64,000 bases of DNA from a virus (taxonomy: Duplodnaviria; Caudoviricetes): IMG/VR virus record IMGVR_UViG_3300011678_000001, positions 32,001 to 96,000 of that record; one strand, 5' to 3'. The notes beneath the pieces are model-generated. The model had not been told where the DNA came from and did no database searches. It saw nothing but the letters and a program-made list of their open reading frames with translations. Numbering within the stretch: the stretch's first letter is position 1; each line of letters opens with the position of its first letter. The position numbers and the translations under genes are program-made. Below, in pieces: positions 8,975 to 17,600 of the stretch.

Positions 8975-9226
8975 TTAACCGAGGTGGGCGAACATGTCGG
9001 CATGGAACTGTTCGTTCAATTCCGGGTGACGCTGGGTGACTGCCTTGCATTTAATAAACGTACCTTGCGGGGTACGGTAGTAGAAATCTTGCAAGAAGGT
9101 GATCACAGGGATCTTCTTCAGGTTGAGGATCTCAGCCGAGGCGTAGATCTTCTCACCGTCAATGGTGATCTGGGTGTAGAAGGGAAACGACGTTGCGCCA
9201 ACGGCGCTGGCAAGTGCAGGGGTCAT
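8975..9226 (-). CDS. hypothetical protein (MTPALAS...)
   Basis: SD AAGGAG before ATG 9226. Confidence 0.65.
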   Translation of the reverse strand: MTPALASAVGATSFPFYTQITIDGEKIYASAEILNLKKIPVITFLQDFYYRTPQGTFIKCKAVTQRHPELNEQFHADMFAHLG

Positions 9227-9242
9227 GTCAGTGCTCCTTGGC

Positions 9243-9282
9243 ACAAAGAGAAAGAAACACAGGGACCCAATGCGGGTCCCTG
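9243..9282 (-). terminator. hairpin with T-rich tail
   Basis: AGGGACCC/GGGTCCCT stem, then TTTCTTTCTCTTTG on -. Confidence 0.55.
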
Positions 9283-9292
9283 CACGGTACAC

Positions 9293-9394
9293 TTACAGGT
9301 TGTGGATCTTACGACGCAGATCCGAGTGCTGGTACTTGTCCAGGATGATCGAGGACACTACGACAACCGCAACAGCAATGGCGAAACCTTTCAT
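9293..9394 (-). CDS. 33-aa membrane peptide MKGFAIAVAVVVSSIILDKYQHSDLRRKIHNL
   Basis: Read by hand; SD AGGAG. Confidence 0.6.
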   Translation of the reverse strand: MKGFAIAVAVVVVSSIILDKYQHSDLRRKIHNL

Positions 9395-9435
9395 GACAGT
9401 CTCCTAAGACGTATAAGGGTAGGGTGTTGCAGAGG

Positions 9436-9636
9436 TTACTGGGCGTCTGCCGTTTTGGCGTTGGCCATGACCTCTTCCATGAACTTACGGCCCGCTTCGG
9501 TCTTACCGAACTCGGTGACCATTTCTTTGACCGACTTGTTCAACTTACGGTCACGATAGCGCTTGGCAATGAAGCCACCACCAACAACAGCAACCAGACC
9601 GACAGCCGATGCAACCAGAGTAGTAGTAGAAGCCAT
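9436..9636 (-). CDS. 66-aa single-TM early protein
   Basis: SD AAGGAG; LVASAVGLVAVVGGGFIA followed by KRYRDRK. Confidence 0.75.
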   Translation of the reverse strand: MASTTTLVASAVGLVAVVGGGFIAKRYRDRKLNKSVKEMVTEFGKTEAGRKFMEEVMANAKTADAQ

Positions 9637-9684
9637 GGTGTTTCTCCTTAAGAACAGGGTACGAGTAGAAGACTATTCTCCTTA

Positions 9685-9726
9685 CTCAACTGTACTATGT
9701 ATGGTTGAAAAAAGTTCGAATCAAAT
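9685..9726 (-). promoter_or_regulatory. putative phage early promoter
   Basis: 18-nt identity TACTATGTATGGTTGAAA with 36387-36404; both head minus-strand small-gene clusters. Confidence 0.65.
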
Positions 9727-9735
9727 CGAGCCGGC

Positions 9736-9789
9736 AAAAAAGCCCTCCTCCAAGAGAGCCCGTTCTGAGGAGGCTCTCTTGGAGGGGCT
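9736..9789 (-). terminator. intrinsic terminator
   Basis: Long stem CTCCAAGAGAGCC/GGCTCTCTTGGAG followed by T6 on -. Confidence 0.7.
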
Positions 9790-9852
9790 GACAAGGTCAG
9801 CAACGGCTAAGGGGAGGGAGATTCCCGGTGCTACACTAAATCATCAACATCA

Positions 9853-10035
9853 TCAACGCTTGACAGGATCGTTCAATACCCAGTGGGCATCGAGCGTGGG
9901 ATAAGGGGGCGGGGCCGCGGCGTCGGTCAGACACCGCTGGAGTATGGGCGGGAGGCTGCGAAAATGCCTCGCCGCTTCGACCTCCGTTTCAGACTGATCA
10001 GGATCGACCGGTAACGGTGCGTCAGTGTCAATCAT
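9853..10035 (-). CDS. Pro-rich small hypothetical protein
   Basis: SD GGAAGGA before ATG 10035. Confidence 0.5.
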   Translation of the reverse strand: MIDTDAPLPVDPDQSETEVEAARHFRSLPPILQRCLTDAAAPPPYPTLDAHWVLNDPVKR

Positions 10036-10051
10036 GGCGATTCCTTCCAAG

Positions 10052-10132
10052 CGGAATAGTGGTCAGCCAGGGGCGATGGCCATTGCCTATCGCGCTCCTG
10101 AAGCTGTCCCAGGAGATTTGGTACCTTCTCCT
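10052..10132 (-). ncRNA. candidate structured small RNA/leader, copy A
   Basis: AGGAGA[AGGUACCAAA]UCUCCU hairpin, then CAGC..CAGG..GCGAU-A-GGC[AAUG]GCC-AUCGC..CCUG-GCUG; covaries with copies B and C. Confidence 0.6.
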
Positions 10133-10158
10133 ATAATAGTATCCAAGTTTGTTATTTT

Positions 10159-10575
10159 TTACGATTTACGAGGGGGTTGTAATACGTACTTGCCAAACCA
10201 CCATGATAAAGTTGGAGGAAAAACCCGTGCGCTGACGTGGCGTTCAGGATCATAGGGCATCAACGAACCCACCTCTGACTCGTCCACCTCTAGCTGATGC
10301 AGGAGGCTTTGCCACGTCAAGGGCATGGTCAAGGGGGTGACAATAGGGGAGCGGTTCTCAGTCCGACGTCCCGCGCCTTGTTCATTGATGTACGCCATGT
10401 AGATGTCGGTATCTGGCTCTACTTCGGTTAAGGGGGTCAGCATCACGAGCACCATGTGGGTGGCTTCGTTAAAGGTGCTATTGGTGTACTGATCCGTGAT
10501 CACCCCAACCAGGGTATGATTCGGGTTGCGCAAGTCCTTGCCTGTGTAGATCCGGTGTTCGGCTCCGATGGTCAT
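10159..10575 (-). CDS. hypothetical protein (MTIGAEHR...)
   Basis: ORF 10159..10608; the upstream ATG lies inside the TATGCCG motif, so the internal ATG is preferred. Confidence 0.6.
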   Translation of the reverse strand: MTIGAEHRIYTGKDLRNPNHTLVGVITDQYTNSTFNEATHMVLVMLTPLTEVEPDTDIYMAYINEQGAGRRTENRSPIVTPLTMPLTWQSLLHQLEVDESEVGSLMPYDPERHVSARVFPPTLSWWFGKYVLQPPRKS

Positions 10576-10602
10576 AAGGCGGCCTTCGCTAAAACGGTAA
10601 GA

Positions 10603-10686
10603 CGGCATAGATGGCAGCTGGAGGCGATGACGAATGTGTCTATCGCTACTCCAGGGCTGCCCAGGGAAGAGTGGTACCTGTTCCCT
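10603..10686 (-). ncRNA. candidate structured small RNA/leader, copy B
   Basis: AGGGAA[CAGGUACCACUC]UUCCCU, then GGCAGC..UGGA..GCGAU-A-GAC[ACAUUC]GUC-AUCGC..UCCA-GCUGCC, then UAUGCCG. Confidence 0.6.
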
Positions 10687-10712
10687 ACATCATAGTCTAG
10701 CTTAGTTATTTT

Positions 10713-11423
10713 TTACCCTTTTACCACTTTCCCCTTCATCGCATAGGTCGGGAAGGTGTAGGTAGTACCTGCGTGTCCGATCTCTAACCGACTGTCCGTA
10801 AAGAGGTTGAGGTTCATAAACAGGTACCGGGACTGGTCTTCCATCAAGACCCGACGGTCCATCATGGGCCGAAGGACCCTGATCATCCGTTCCTCGTCAC
10901 TTAAGCTCCAGGGCTGCCCAGGCACTAACGGATGCACCTGCATCACCCGCACACTGCCTTTGTCTGATTGGAATGCCAACCGACCTAATCCATAGCGCAC
11001 CATCAAGTCAGCAAAATTCTCAATCGTCTCGCACAACTCGGGACGTGGGGTCTGATAGCGAATGGTATCGTTGAGTTTACTGGGGTAACGGTAGTAGGTC
11101 TCAATTTGTTCCGTTGACAGGTCCAACAAGCTCCTCAGTGCTCCGATCGAGACGAGCCCTACCTGTGTGACCACTTCAAATTTAGCGACCATGGCAGGGT
11201 CGGCATGCGGGCTGACGACCATCCTGACCAAATGCACATTGAGGGTATCCCAGAACTCCTGATCGGGCTCGATAAACTTGTGTGGCTCCAAGTACCCTAT
11301 CAAACAGATGTACCCTGCCCCGGTCGAATACACCGCTACGCAGGAGAAGTGACTCTGAATCTTCTCATCACGTAAGACGTGGGCAAAGTGCAAGCTGTTA
11401 GTGGTCAGGTTAGGGTGCGTCAT
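10713..11423 (-). CDS. hypothetical protein, paralog of 11472..12188
   Basis: Shares FA..I.SHF....G.I..[IV]GYLEP with its neighbour. Confidence 0.7.
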   Translation of the reverse strand: MTHPNLTTNSLHFAHVLRDEKIQSHFSCVAVYSTGAGYICLIGYLEPHKFIEPDQEFWDTLNVHLVRMVVSPHADPAMVAKFEVVTQVGLVSIGALRSLLDLSTEQIETYYRYPSKLNDTIRYQTPRPELCETIENFADLMVRYGLGRLAFQSDKGSVRVMQVHPLVPGQPWSLSDEERMIRVLRPMMDRRVLMEDQSRYLFMNLNLFTDSRLEIGHAGTTYTFPTYAMKGKVVKG

Positions 11424-11471
11424 GCAGAATCGATCCTCATGCAGGCAAAGAAAAAAGAAACAGCGGCTCTG

Positions 11472-12188
11472 TTATCCTCGCGGAGCCAGCGCGTACAACG
11501 GGATAATGTATTCGCGGTCAATCTCAGGGCTCAAACCTGTGCCAAAGGCGACATGGGCTTTACCGTATAACGAGAGCTTGATCGTGACGTGTTGATCGCC
11601 TTCAACGACTAACTCAGGGCGTTGAAGTAAGGGGGTCAGGAACTTGACCATACGCCGTAGATCACGCGGCTGGGGTTCGGTTAACCGAGGACGGGCATAG
11701 CGCAAGTCCATCAGGTGTACCTGTTCACCGATGTGTTGCAAGGTGACATCGGTGATGTCCCAGACTGCCAGCATGTTGGCCACATCGACCACGGTCCCGG
11801 TCAGGAATTCATCCGCCGGTAAGGCTTGTGCTTCTGCTTGCGCCACCGTAACCAAGGCTTCGTCGGCCATGGTCATGATCATGATGTCATCGTCGCGTCG
11901 CAGGGCCATGAGGTCCCGCACCGCCTTGACCTTGACTGTGCCTTGCTTACGCAGCTCCCTGAAGGCCGCTTCTTTCTCCGGCTCCACCTGATCGGATACA
12001 CTGACCCGTGTAATAAACAAGGTCGCTTCATTCAGGTGACTGATGTCTTCAGGACGGATTTCCCATCCCGGCTCCAAGTACCCTACAAAGACAATTTGAC
12101 CGTACTCTGTCTCGTCGGTCCCGATGGCCACAAAGTGACTGTCTATCCCGACATCCGGGTTAATCTTGGCAAACATAAGTTGCGCCAT
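11472..12188 (-). CDS. hypothetical protein, paralog of 10713..11423
   Basis: 238 aa; SHFVAIG...VGYLEP; AAGGA upstream. Confidence 0.75.
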   Translation of the reverse strand: MAQLMFAKINPDVGIDSHFVAIGTDETEYGQIVFVGYLEPGWEIRPEDISHLNEATLFITRVSVSDQVEPEKEAAFRELRKQGTVKVKAVRDLMALRRDDDIMIMTMADEALVTVAQAEAQALPADEFLTGTVVDVANMLAVWDITDVTLQHIGEQVHLMDLRYARPRLTEPQPRDLRRMVKFLTPLLQRPELVVEGDQHVTIKLSLYGKAHVAFGTGLSPEIDREYIIPLYALAPRG

Positions 12189-12230
12189 GGCAGCGTCATC
12201 CTTTGGCTACAGGTGAGTGAAACTATCCAG

Positions 12231-12312
12231 CAAACATAGGTCCATAGCCGAGGGCGATGGCTATTGCCTATCGCTCACTCGGGCTATGCAAGGGCTGCGG
12301 TACCTGTCCCTT
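12231..12312 (-). ncRNA. candidate structured small RNA/leader, copy C
   Basis: AAGGG[ACAGGUACCGCAG]CCCUU, then CAUAGC..CGAG..GCGAU-A-GGC[AAUA]GCC-AUCGC..CUCG-GCUAUG. Confidence 0.6.
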
Positions 12313-12407
12313 ATACCATTGATCGTTCCAGTATTCTTTTACGATTTGCATCCGTGCCGGCTAGCAAGTAGCGACAATCAAGGGTTAGAAGAGACCCCTT
12401 CACTTAA

Positions 12408-12441
12408 GTGATGTATTGCCAAAGTTGATTCGAATCGAATT
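12408..12441 (-). promoter_or_regulatory. variant of the putative early promoter
   Basis: ATGTAT-N12-TTCGAATC on +, same spacing as at 9697-9722. Confidence 0.45.
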
Positions 12442-12455
12442 TCTATCCCTGTCCC

Positions 12456-12881
12456 TCAGAGGGTCAGTTCAAAGGCCTTGGACGCCTTTAAGGTCGTCTT
12501 CAGGTACTCCCGAGCCTCCTGCTCACCGCTGGCCGAGGTATAGACCTCGATCAGGTCCAAGCCACCCTCTGGGGCGACACTCAATTCGTGGATGGTCCAT
12601 GCTCCGTTGAGCACCATGTACAGATGCTCATGGTCATCCGAGACCACTACTTCATAGACCCATCCGGTGTCCTGATTACCTTCCTTGGCCAGGATGTTGA
12701 GCGTGAGGAGATCACGCTCACAGTTTTGTACAAAGCGTAGGATCGAGTCCACAGCAGTGGGGTGTGCTATACCGGCCCACTGGTTGGCATCGTACGAGAG
12801 TTTTACGGTGTCCACTCCTTGTCCCTCATCGTCATCGGTACTGCGCTTGGGTACCAGAGCACTTACCCTGGTCACATCCAT
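12456..12881 (-). CDS. hypothetical protein
   Basis: 141 aa ORF, only substantial frame here. Confidence 0.6.
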   Translation of the reverse strand: MDVTRVSALVPKRSTDDDEGQGVDTVKLSYDANQWAGIAHPTAVDSILRFVQNCERDLLTLNILAKEGNQDTGWVYEVVVSDDHEHLYMVLNGAWTIHELSVAPEGGLDLIEVYTSASGEQEAREYLKTTLKASKAFELTL

Positions 12882-12964
12882 ATACGGGTTTAGTATTTAT
12901 TGACGGTTTCGCTTGACGAATCCTATGTAGGGTTCTTTCTATTCATTAACATCGGTGATGCCTA

Positions 12965-13606
12965 ATGCTACACAGTATGATCATGGCCGCTGCACAGCGC
13001 CGTAAGTTACATCGGAAACTGCCTACTGGACAGGCGTTCTTTCAATCAAATGGCAGTTACAAATGGAAGTGTCCAGAAGGCGTAACCAAGGTTTCTGTTG
13101 CGTTGGTTGGTTCAGGGGGTGCGGGGTATTGGGAAAACCGTCAAGTCGGCGCAGGGGCTAACGTACGTTGGATCAACGATGTCGACGTCGTACCGGGCAC
13201 GGAATACACGGTCTTTATCCCGACCCAACGCCAAGCCCGTAACCTACAGGCCGATAATGGCACCTCTGCATTTGGGTACACGGCCGCCTCAGCCCTGTCC
13301 GATAAAGTCAAGGGGGCCAATGGCAGTCCCTCGATCCAGACCCTCAACAACCAATACCGCGCCGGTGGGTCAGTCGGCTATGTCAACACCGGGACTACCG
13401 GTCAAGGCATTGACCTTAAGACCTTCACCGCTGTAGCGCCAGGTGACTCATCCCGGTTTCATGGCGGTTGGGCGGGTGGTGGTGGTGGTTACGGTGCCTC
13501 GGCCTCAGGGTTAGGTGGCGTGGGGGCTGTCCGCATCATCTGGGGTAAAGACCGGGCGTTCCCTAATCAGAACATCGGTGACATGGCGGACCTGAGTACT
13601 CCTTGA
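12965..13606 (+). CDS. glycine-rich domain protein (tail/fibre-associated type)
   Basis: G.Y.WKCPEGVT.VSV..VG.GG.G start and GG.GAVRIIWG..RAFP end; TATG at 12924. Confidence 0.7.
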   Translation: MLHSMIMAAAQRRKLHRKLPTGQAFFQSNGSYKWKCPEGVTKVSVALVGSGGAGYWENRQVGAGANVRWINDVDVVPGTEYTVFIPTQRQARNLQADNGTSAFGYTAASALSDKVKGANGSPSIQTLNNQYRAGGSVGYVNTGTTGQGIDLKTFTAVAPGDSSRFHGGWAGGGGGYGASASGLGGVGAVRIIWGKDRAFPNQNIGDMADLSTP

Positions 13607-13675
13607 TCTACCTCACCGGGGAGTCTAACCTCCCGCTCACCGGGTCGGTGGAACTGTACATCGCCTAGTGACACC

Positions 13676-13716
13676 CAGCATAACAGGAGGAGCCACTGGC
13701 TCCTCCCTTATGTCGT
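13676..13716. terminator. bidirectional hairpin flanked by TATG motifs
   Basis: CAGCATAA..GGAGGAGCCA-C-TGGCTCCTCC..TTATGTCG between convergent genes. Confidence 0.65.
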
Positions 13717-13717
13717 C

Positions 13718-14191
13718 TCACCGCATGTGCACAATGACCACGTCATCCCGAATGACCCCAGCGTGCCGGATCACGGTGAACTCACTGGCGCGGTTCGCAC
13801 TGACGTCATCCAACAGGATCACCTTGGCCTGACTCAACTGCTCAATCAGGATCTCGGTGTCCACCGTCTCCATGACCGGTTCCCAGATACGCCCTACCGC
13901 CTCCGGATTGCCCCGCTGTAAGCTCAACGCGGCTGTCTCCTTAGCCATCCCTGCTGGGACCAACAACACCGCGGTAGGCTCCTTGTGCAGCTGTTCTACC
14001 AACCAGGTGGTCTTGCCACTCTGCCGGCCCCCACCCATGTACACAGTGCGGTAGTTGTACAGGTAGGTGTACGCCAAGGCTTTCAGCGTGGGTTTCAAGG
14101 GTTCACGCAGATGAGCCGGTGGTAGAAGACTCACCGCTTTCTCAAAGATCTCATCACGGGTCTGCAAGCGATCATCCATGGACAGGGTCAT
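13718..14191 (-). CDS. small P-loop NTPase-like protein
   Basis: GGGRQSGKTT Walker A and VILLDD Walker B. Confidence 0.65.
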   Translation of the reverse strand: MTLSMDDRLQTRDEIFEKAVSLLPPAHLREPLKPTLKALAYTYLYNYRTVYMGGGRQSGKTTWLVEQLHKEPTAVLLVPAGMAKETAALSLQRGNPEAVGRIWEPVMETVDTEILIEQLSQAKVILLDDVSANRASEFTVIRHAGVIRDDVVIVHMR

Positions 14192-14412
14192 GATCCATAT
14201 TCCTCAATCCTACGTAGTTTGGCATTGATCCCAGCTTTACGGATACTCAAGGTCCTTAAAGCGGCTTTAAGGTCATGGCTTAAATAATCCGGATGATCCA
14301 GGTTCAGTTCATGTTGACGTTCTAGTACTGCTTGTTCTATTGATGAGGTGACCTGGTCTATGAATTTCAGGTCAGCTAGGAGTTTGGTTTTCTCAGGGAG
14401 TAGAGTAGTCAC
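14188..14412 (-). CDS. hypothetical protein
   Basis: 74 aa, GTG start, ATGA overlap with the next gene. Confidence 0.55.
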   Translation of the reverse strand: MTTLLPEKTKLLADLKFIDQVTSSIEQAVLERQHELNLDHPDYLSHDLKAALRTLSIRKAGINAKLRRIEEYGS

Positions 14413-14567
14413 GTATTCGCGGTGCTCACAGAAAAGAAAAGAAGAAGTCGGAGCTTCGCTCCTCCGCTAGCGCATTGTCTCCAGTCCCTTCCGACAATGC
14501 TTTTTATAGCATTTCGAATTTATTCAGAGAATTGGTTAGAGAAGGATTAATTTACGAACCACATCAA

Positions 14568-14600
14568 GACAGCATAAAGGAGAGCCCGAAGGCTCTCCCC
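14568..14600 (-). terminator. hairpin plus TATGCTG after the portal gene
   Basis: GGAGAGCC-UUCG-GGCUCUCC on - followed by TTTATGCTGTC. Confidence 0.7.
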
Positions 14601-14605
14601 TACAC

Positions 14606-17600
14606 TTAGAGCTTCGGCAGATCGATGTCTGGGAGTTCCAGGTCATCATGTGCGTCTTCAATTTCCTTCTTCTGCTTAGCCGCCTCTTTCTCAGCAGCGG
14701 TTACTTCCTTGTCCCCTTCTTCAGGGGCTTTCTCTTCTTCCTCTTCAACCGGAGCATCAGTCTCAGGTTCTTCTTCGGTAGCTGGAGTTTCCTCCTCTTC
14801 TACTTCAGCTTCTTCCTCGACCACTTCCTCTTCAGCGTTCACGTCAGGCTCTTCAACCTCAGAGACGGGCTCTTCGACTTCAGGTTCCTCAGTGACTGCC
14901 TCTTCAGGTGCATCCAGCTCTACTTCAGCAACCTCTTCCTCTGCTGCCTCGGCCTCAACTTCAGGTTCTTCAACTTCAACCTCAGCGTCAGGGACTTCTT
15001 CCTCTTCCACATCGATCTCAGCCTCAGCCGGAATCTCTACGTCAGCGGGTTCAGGCTCTGCAGTCGCCGGTTCGGCGTCTACCTGAGGTTCATCATCGTC
15101 CAGCGGGATGTCCGCCAAGTCGATGCTAGGTTCTGTCGGAGGAGGACCTTCAGCGTCCGGTTCTTCAGCAGTGTCATCCTTAGGTGCTTCAGCGTCTGGC
15201 TCAGCCTCTACATCCGGTTCAGCAGCCGCGTCATCATCAACCGAGGCGATGTCAAAGGTGTCTTCGGCATCTGTGGTCACGTCAGCTGTTTCTCCAGCAT
15301 CGGTACCTTCAGCGGCTTCCACGTCGCCCTCTACTGCCTCTGCGTCATCAGCCGGTGCATCAGCGCCTTCTACCTCACCACCGAAGTCATCGAGTCCATC
15401 GCCTTCAGCGTCACCGGGTTCGGCATCTGGGTTGTCCAGATCATCCCCTGCAGCTTCTGCAAACGGATCAGCTTCAGTGTCTGTGGTATCCAACTCGCCA
15501 CCGTCGTCCGGTAGGCTGCTGTCATCGGCTACGCCACCTGCTGCGTTCTTCGCCTCTTCAAGCTCCTGCTTACCTTGAGCGACCTTCTCTAAGACCTTGG
15601 CCCGCTTCTTGGCTGCTCTGACCACCTTCTTGATGTAATCGGACAGGGCGTTGTTAAGGCCGTCCAAATGATCGCCAGCAGTCTCCAGCAGGTCAAAGGC
15701 AGGGCTGCCATCTTCCTCGTTAACCGTGGTGAACACATCCAGCTCAGGCAGGACATTGTTGTTACGCAGCCAGCGACGCTGGAACTCGGCCTTGACCACT
15801 GCCTTGATATTCGGGATGATCTCCTCCATACCCAGGGCGGTGTCGGTTGCAAACATCTCCTCGTTCATGTAGGCGTCGATTACCTTGTCCAGCGCATCGC
15901 TGTAGGCTTCGAAATCTTCCATGGACTTCTTGATGTCGCCGATCTCCGGTGACGGCAGACCTGCGTGCAGGGCTTCGATGAACTGGAACAAGAAGGTGTC
16001 GATCTTCTCGGCTTCACTGAAGTCGGCAGCCGTGCGAATGTCTTCAGGGAGGAACTTGCTGTTCTCCTGAACCAACGCGCGCATCTCGGTCAGGAAGATC
16101 CCTGAGTTCAAGATGTACCGACGAATGATGTCCGTCAGGAAGGGTTCGAACTTCTCCTGGTTCTGGATCACGCGCTTGAGCAGCATCAGGTTGTTCTGCA
16201 CGACCGTGGTCGCAAAGTCAGTCTGATTGATACCCTCCATCATTTCCGGGCTCAGGCCGAACATCTGGATGTGACGCTTGCGCATCATCTCTTCGAGGTC
16301 GGTGTCCACCGGCTTGCTGGTGCCATCGCGTTGGCCCACGTTGAACTTGGTCTCAGGATAACGGCTGTTACCGGACACCACGACGTTGACGCCATGGTTC
16401 TGGATCTGGTCAGCCAAGCCCAATGGATGGGTCGACCCCACGATACGGCTGAAGCCCTGAGAGTTGACCTTGGCGTGTTCCGAGAGCATGAACTCTACAG
16501 TCTCCACCGGGTTCTCATCGTCCGGGTCCAGTTCGATCTCGATGGTCTTACCGCCGACGGCATTGTTGATCGTAGCCAGGGTGTTCGCCAACATCAACGA
16601 CGCCCGGATCGAGCCCAGGATCTTACCGTCTTCCAGCACCGACTTGCCCACACCGTATTCGTTGTAGTCAAAGGCGATGTAAGTCATCAGCTCTGGCGGC
16701 ACGAACAACATCATGGTCTTCTGACCCTTCAGGTGACGGGCCAGCATGATGCGGTTGATGTTCTCGGTCTTACCCAGCTCGTAATGCCCAGACAAAGCCC
16801 CGGAGCGCAAACGCGCCAACAGGTCCGCTTCCACGGCATCGGAGTGGATCTTACCCATCTCATCGATGATCTCGTTGTTCAGGCCACCCATGCCTTCAAA
16901 GCCACGACGGGCCTGAGAGATGATCTGGCTGGCATAGCCGTCAACGTTGTTCATCTGCGATTTGATGTCATCGTAATACGACGACTGACTGGCCACGTTG
17001 ATGGGGTTACCATCGATGTCCAGCATGACGTAGTAGCCGACGTGCTCAGAGGGATTGCCCGGCACGTGAATCGGGATCACCGACTCCGATGGCAGATGGA
17101 TCACCAACGGATGCCCGTAGGTTTCAGTGCCCGTCTGGGCATGGGTCATGACCGGCTGAACCGGGACGTGCGCATAGCGACGTTTACTGTAGAGGCTCTT
17201 CTCCACGGCATTGAGGTTACGCTTGGCATCCAGATCGCCAGACTGTGCCCGTGACTCCAACGAGGCCCGTTGATGCAACCGACCGCCGTAGATACGGCGC
17301 ACCGCGATCTTACGACGCGTCTCGACCACCATGGGGCGCTTCAGAATGTTGAGGTTGTCAATGACCTCAATGGTCTTGCCTTTCTCAATGATCTTGGACT
17401 GAATGGCCTTGGACATCTCAGCCAGCTTGGTGTGAGCGACCTTGTTTTCCTCAGTGTTGGGAACCATCGATTCCAGACTGATTTTAAAGTTGCTGACATC
17501 CACGCCACGGTTGTAGACGTTGCCCCGGTCAAAGTGCATGCTTTCGAACGACACGCCTGTGTAGGAGTCGGTCTTCTTCGGATCAGTCACCGGATTGCCC

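Noticed and set aside
10052-12342. CRISPR array or IS ends as explanation of the three repeats
   Set aside because: Copies are separated by whole genes and conserve pairing rather than sequence; no cas gene or transposase present
14625-15578. Ser-rich + strand ORFs and apparent tandem repeats
   Set aside because: Reverse complement of the Glu/Asp/Ala-rich portal tail; not a DNA repeat array
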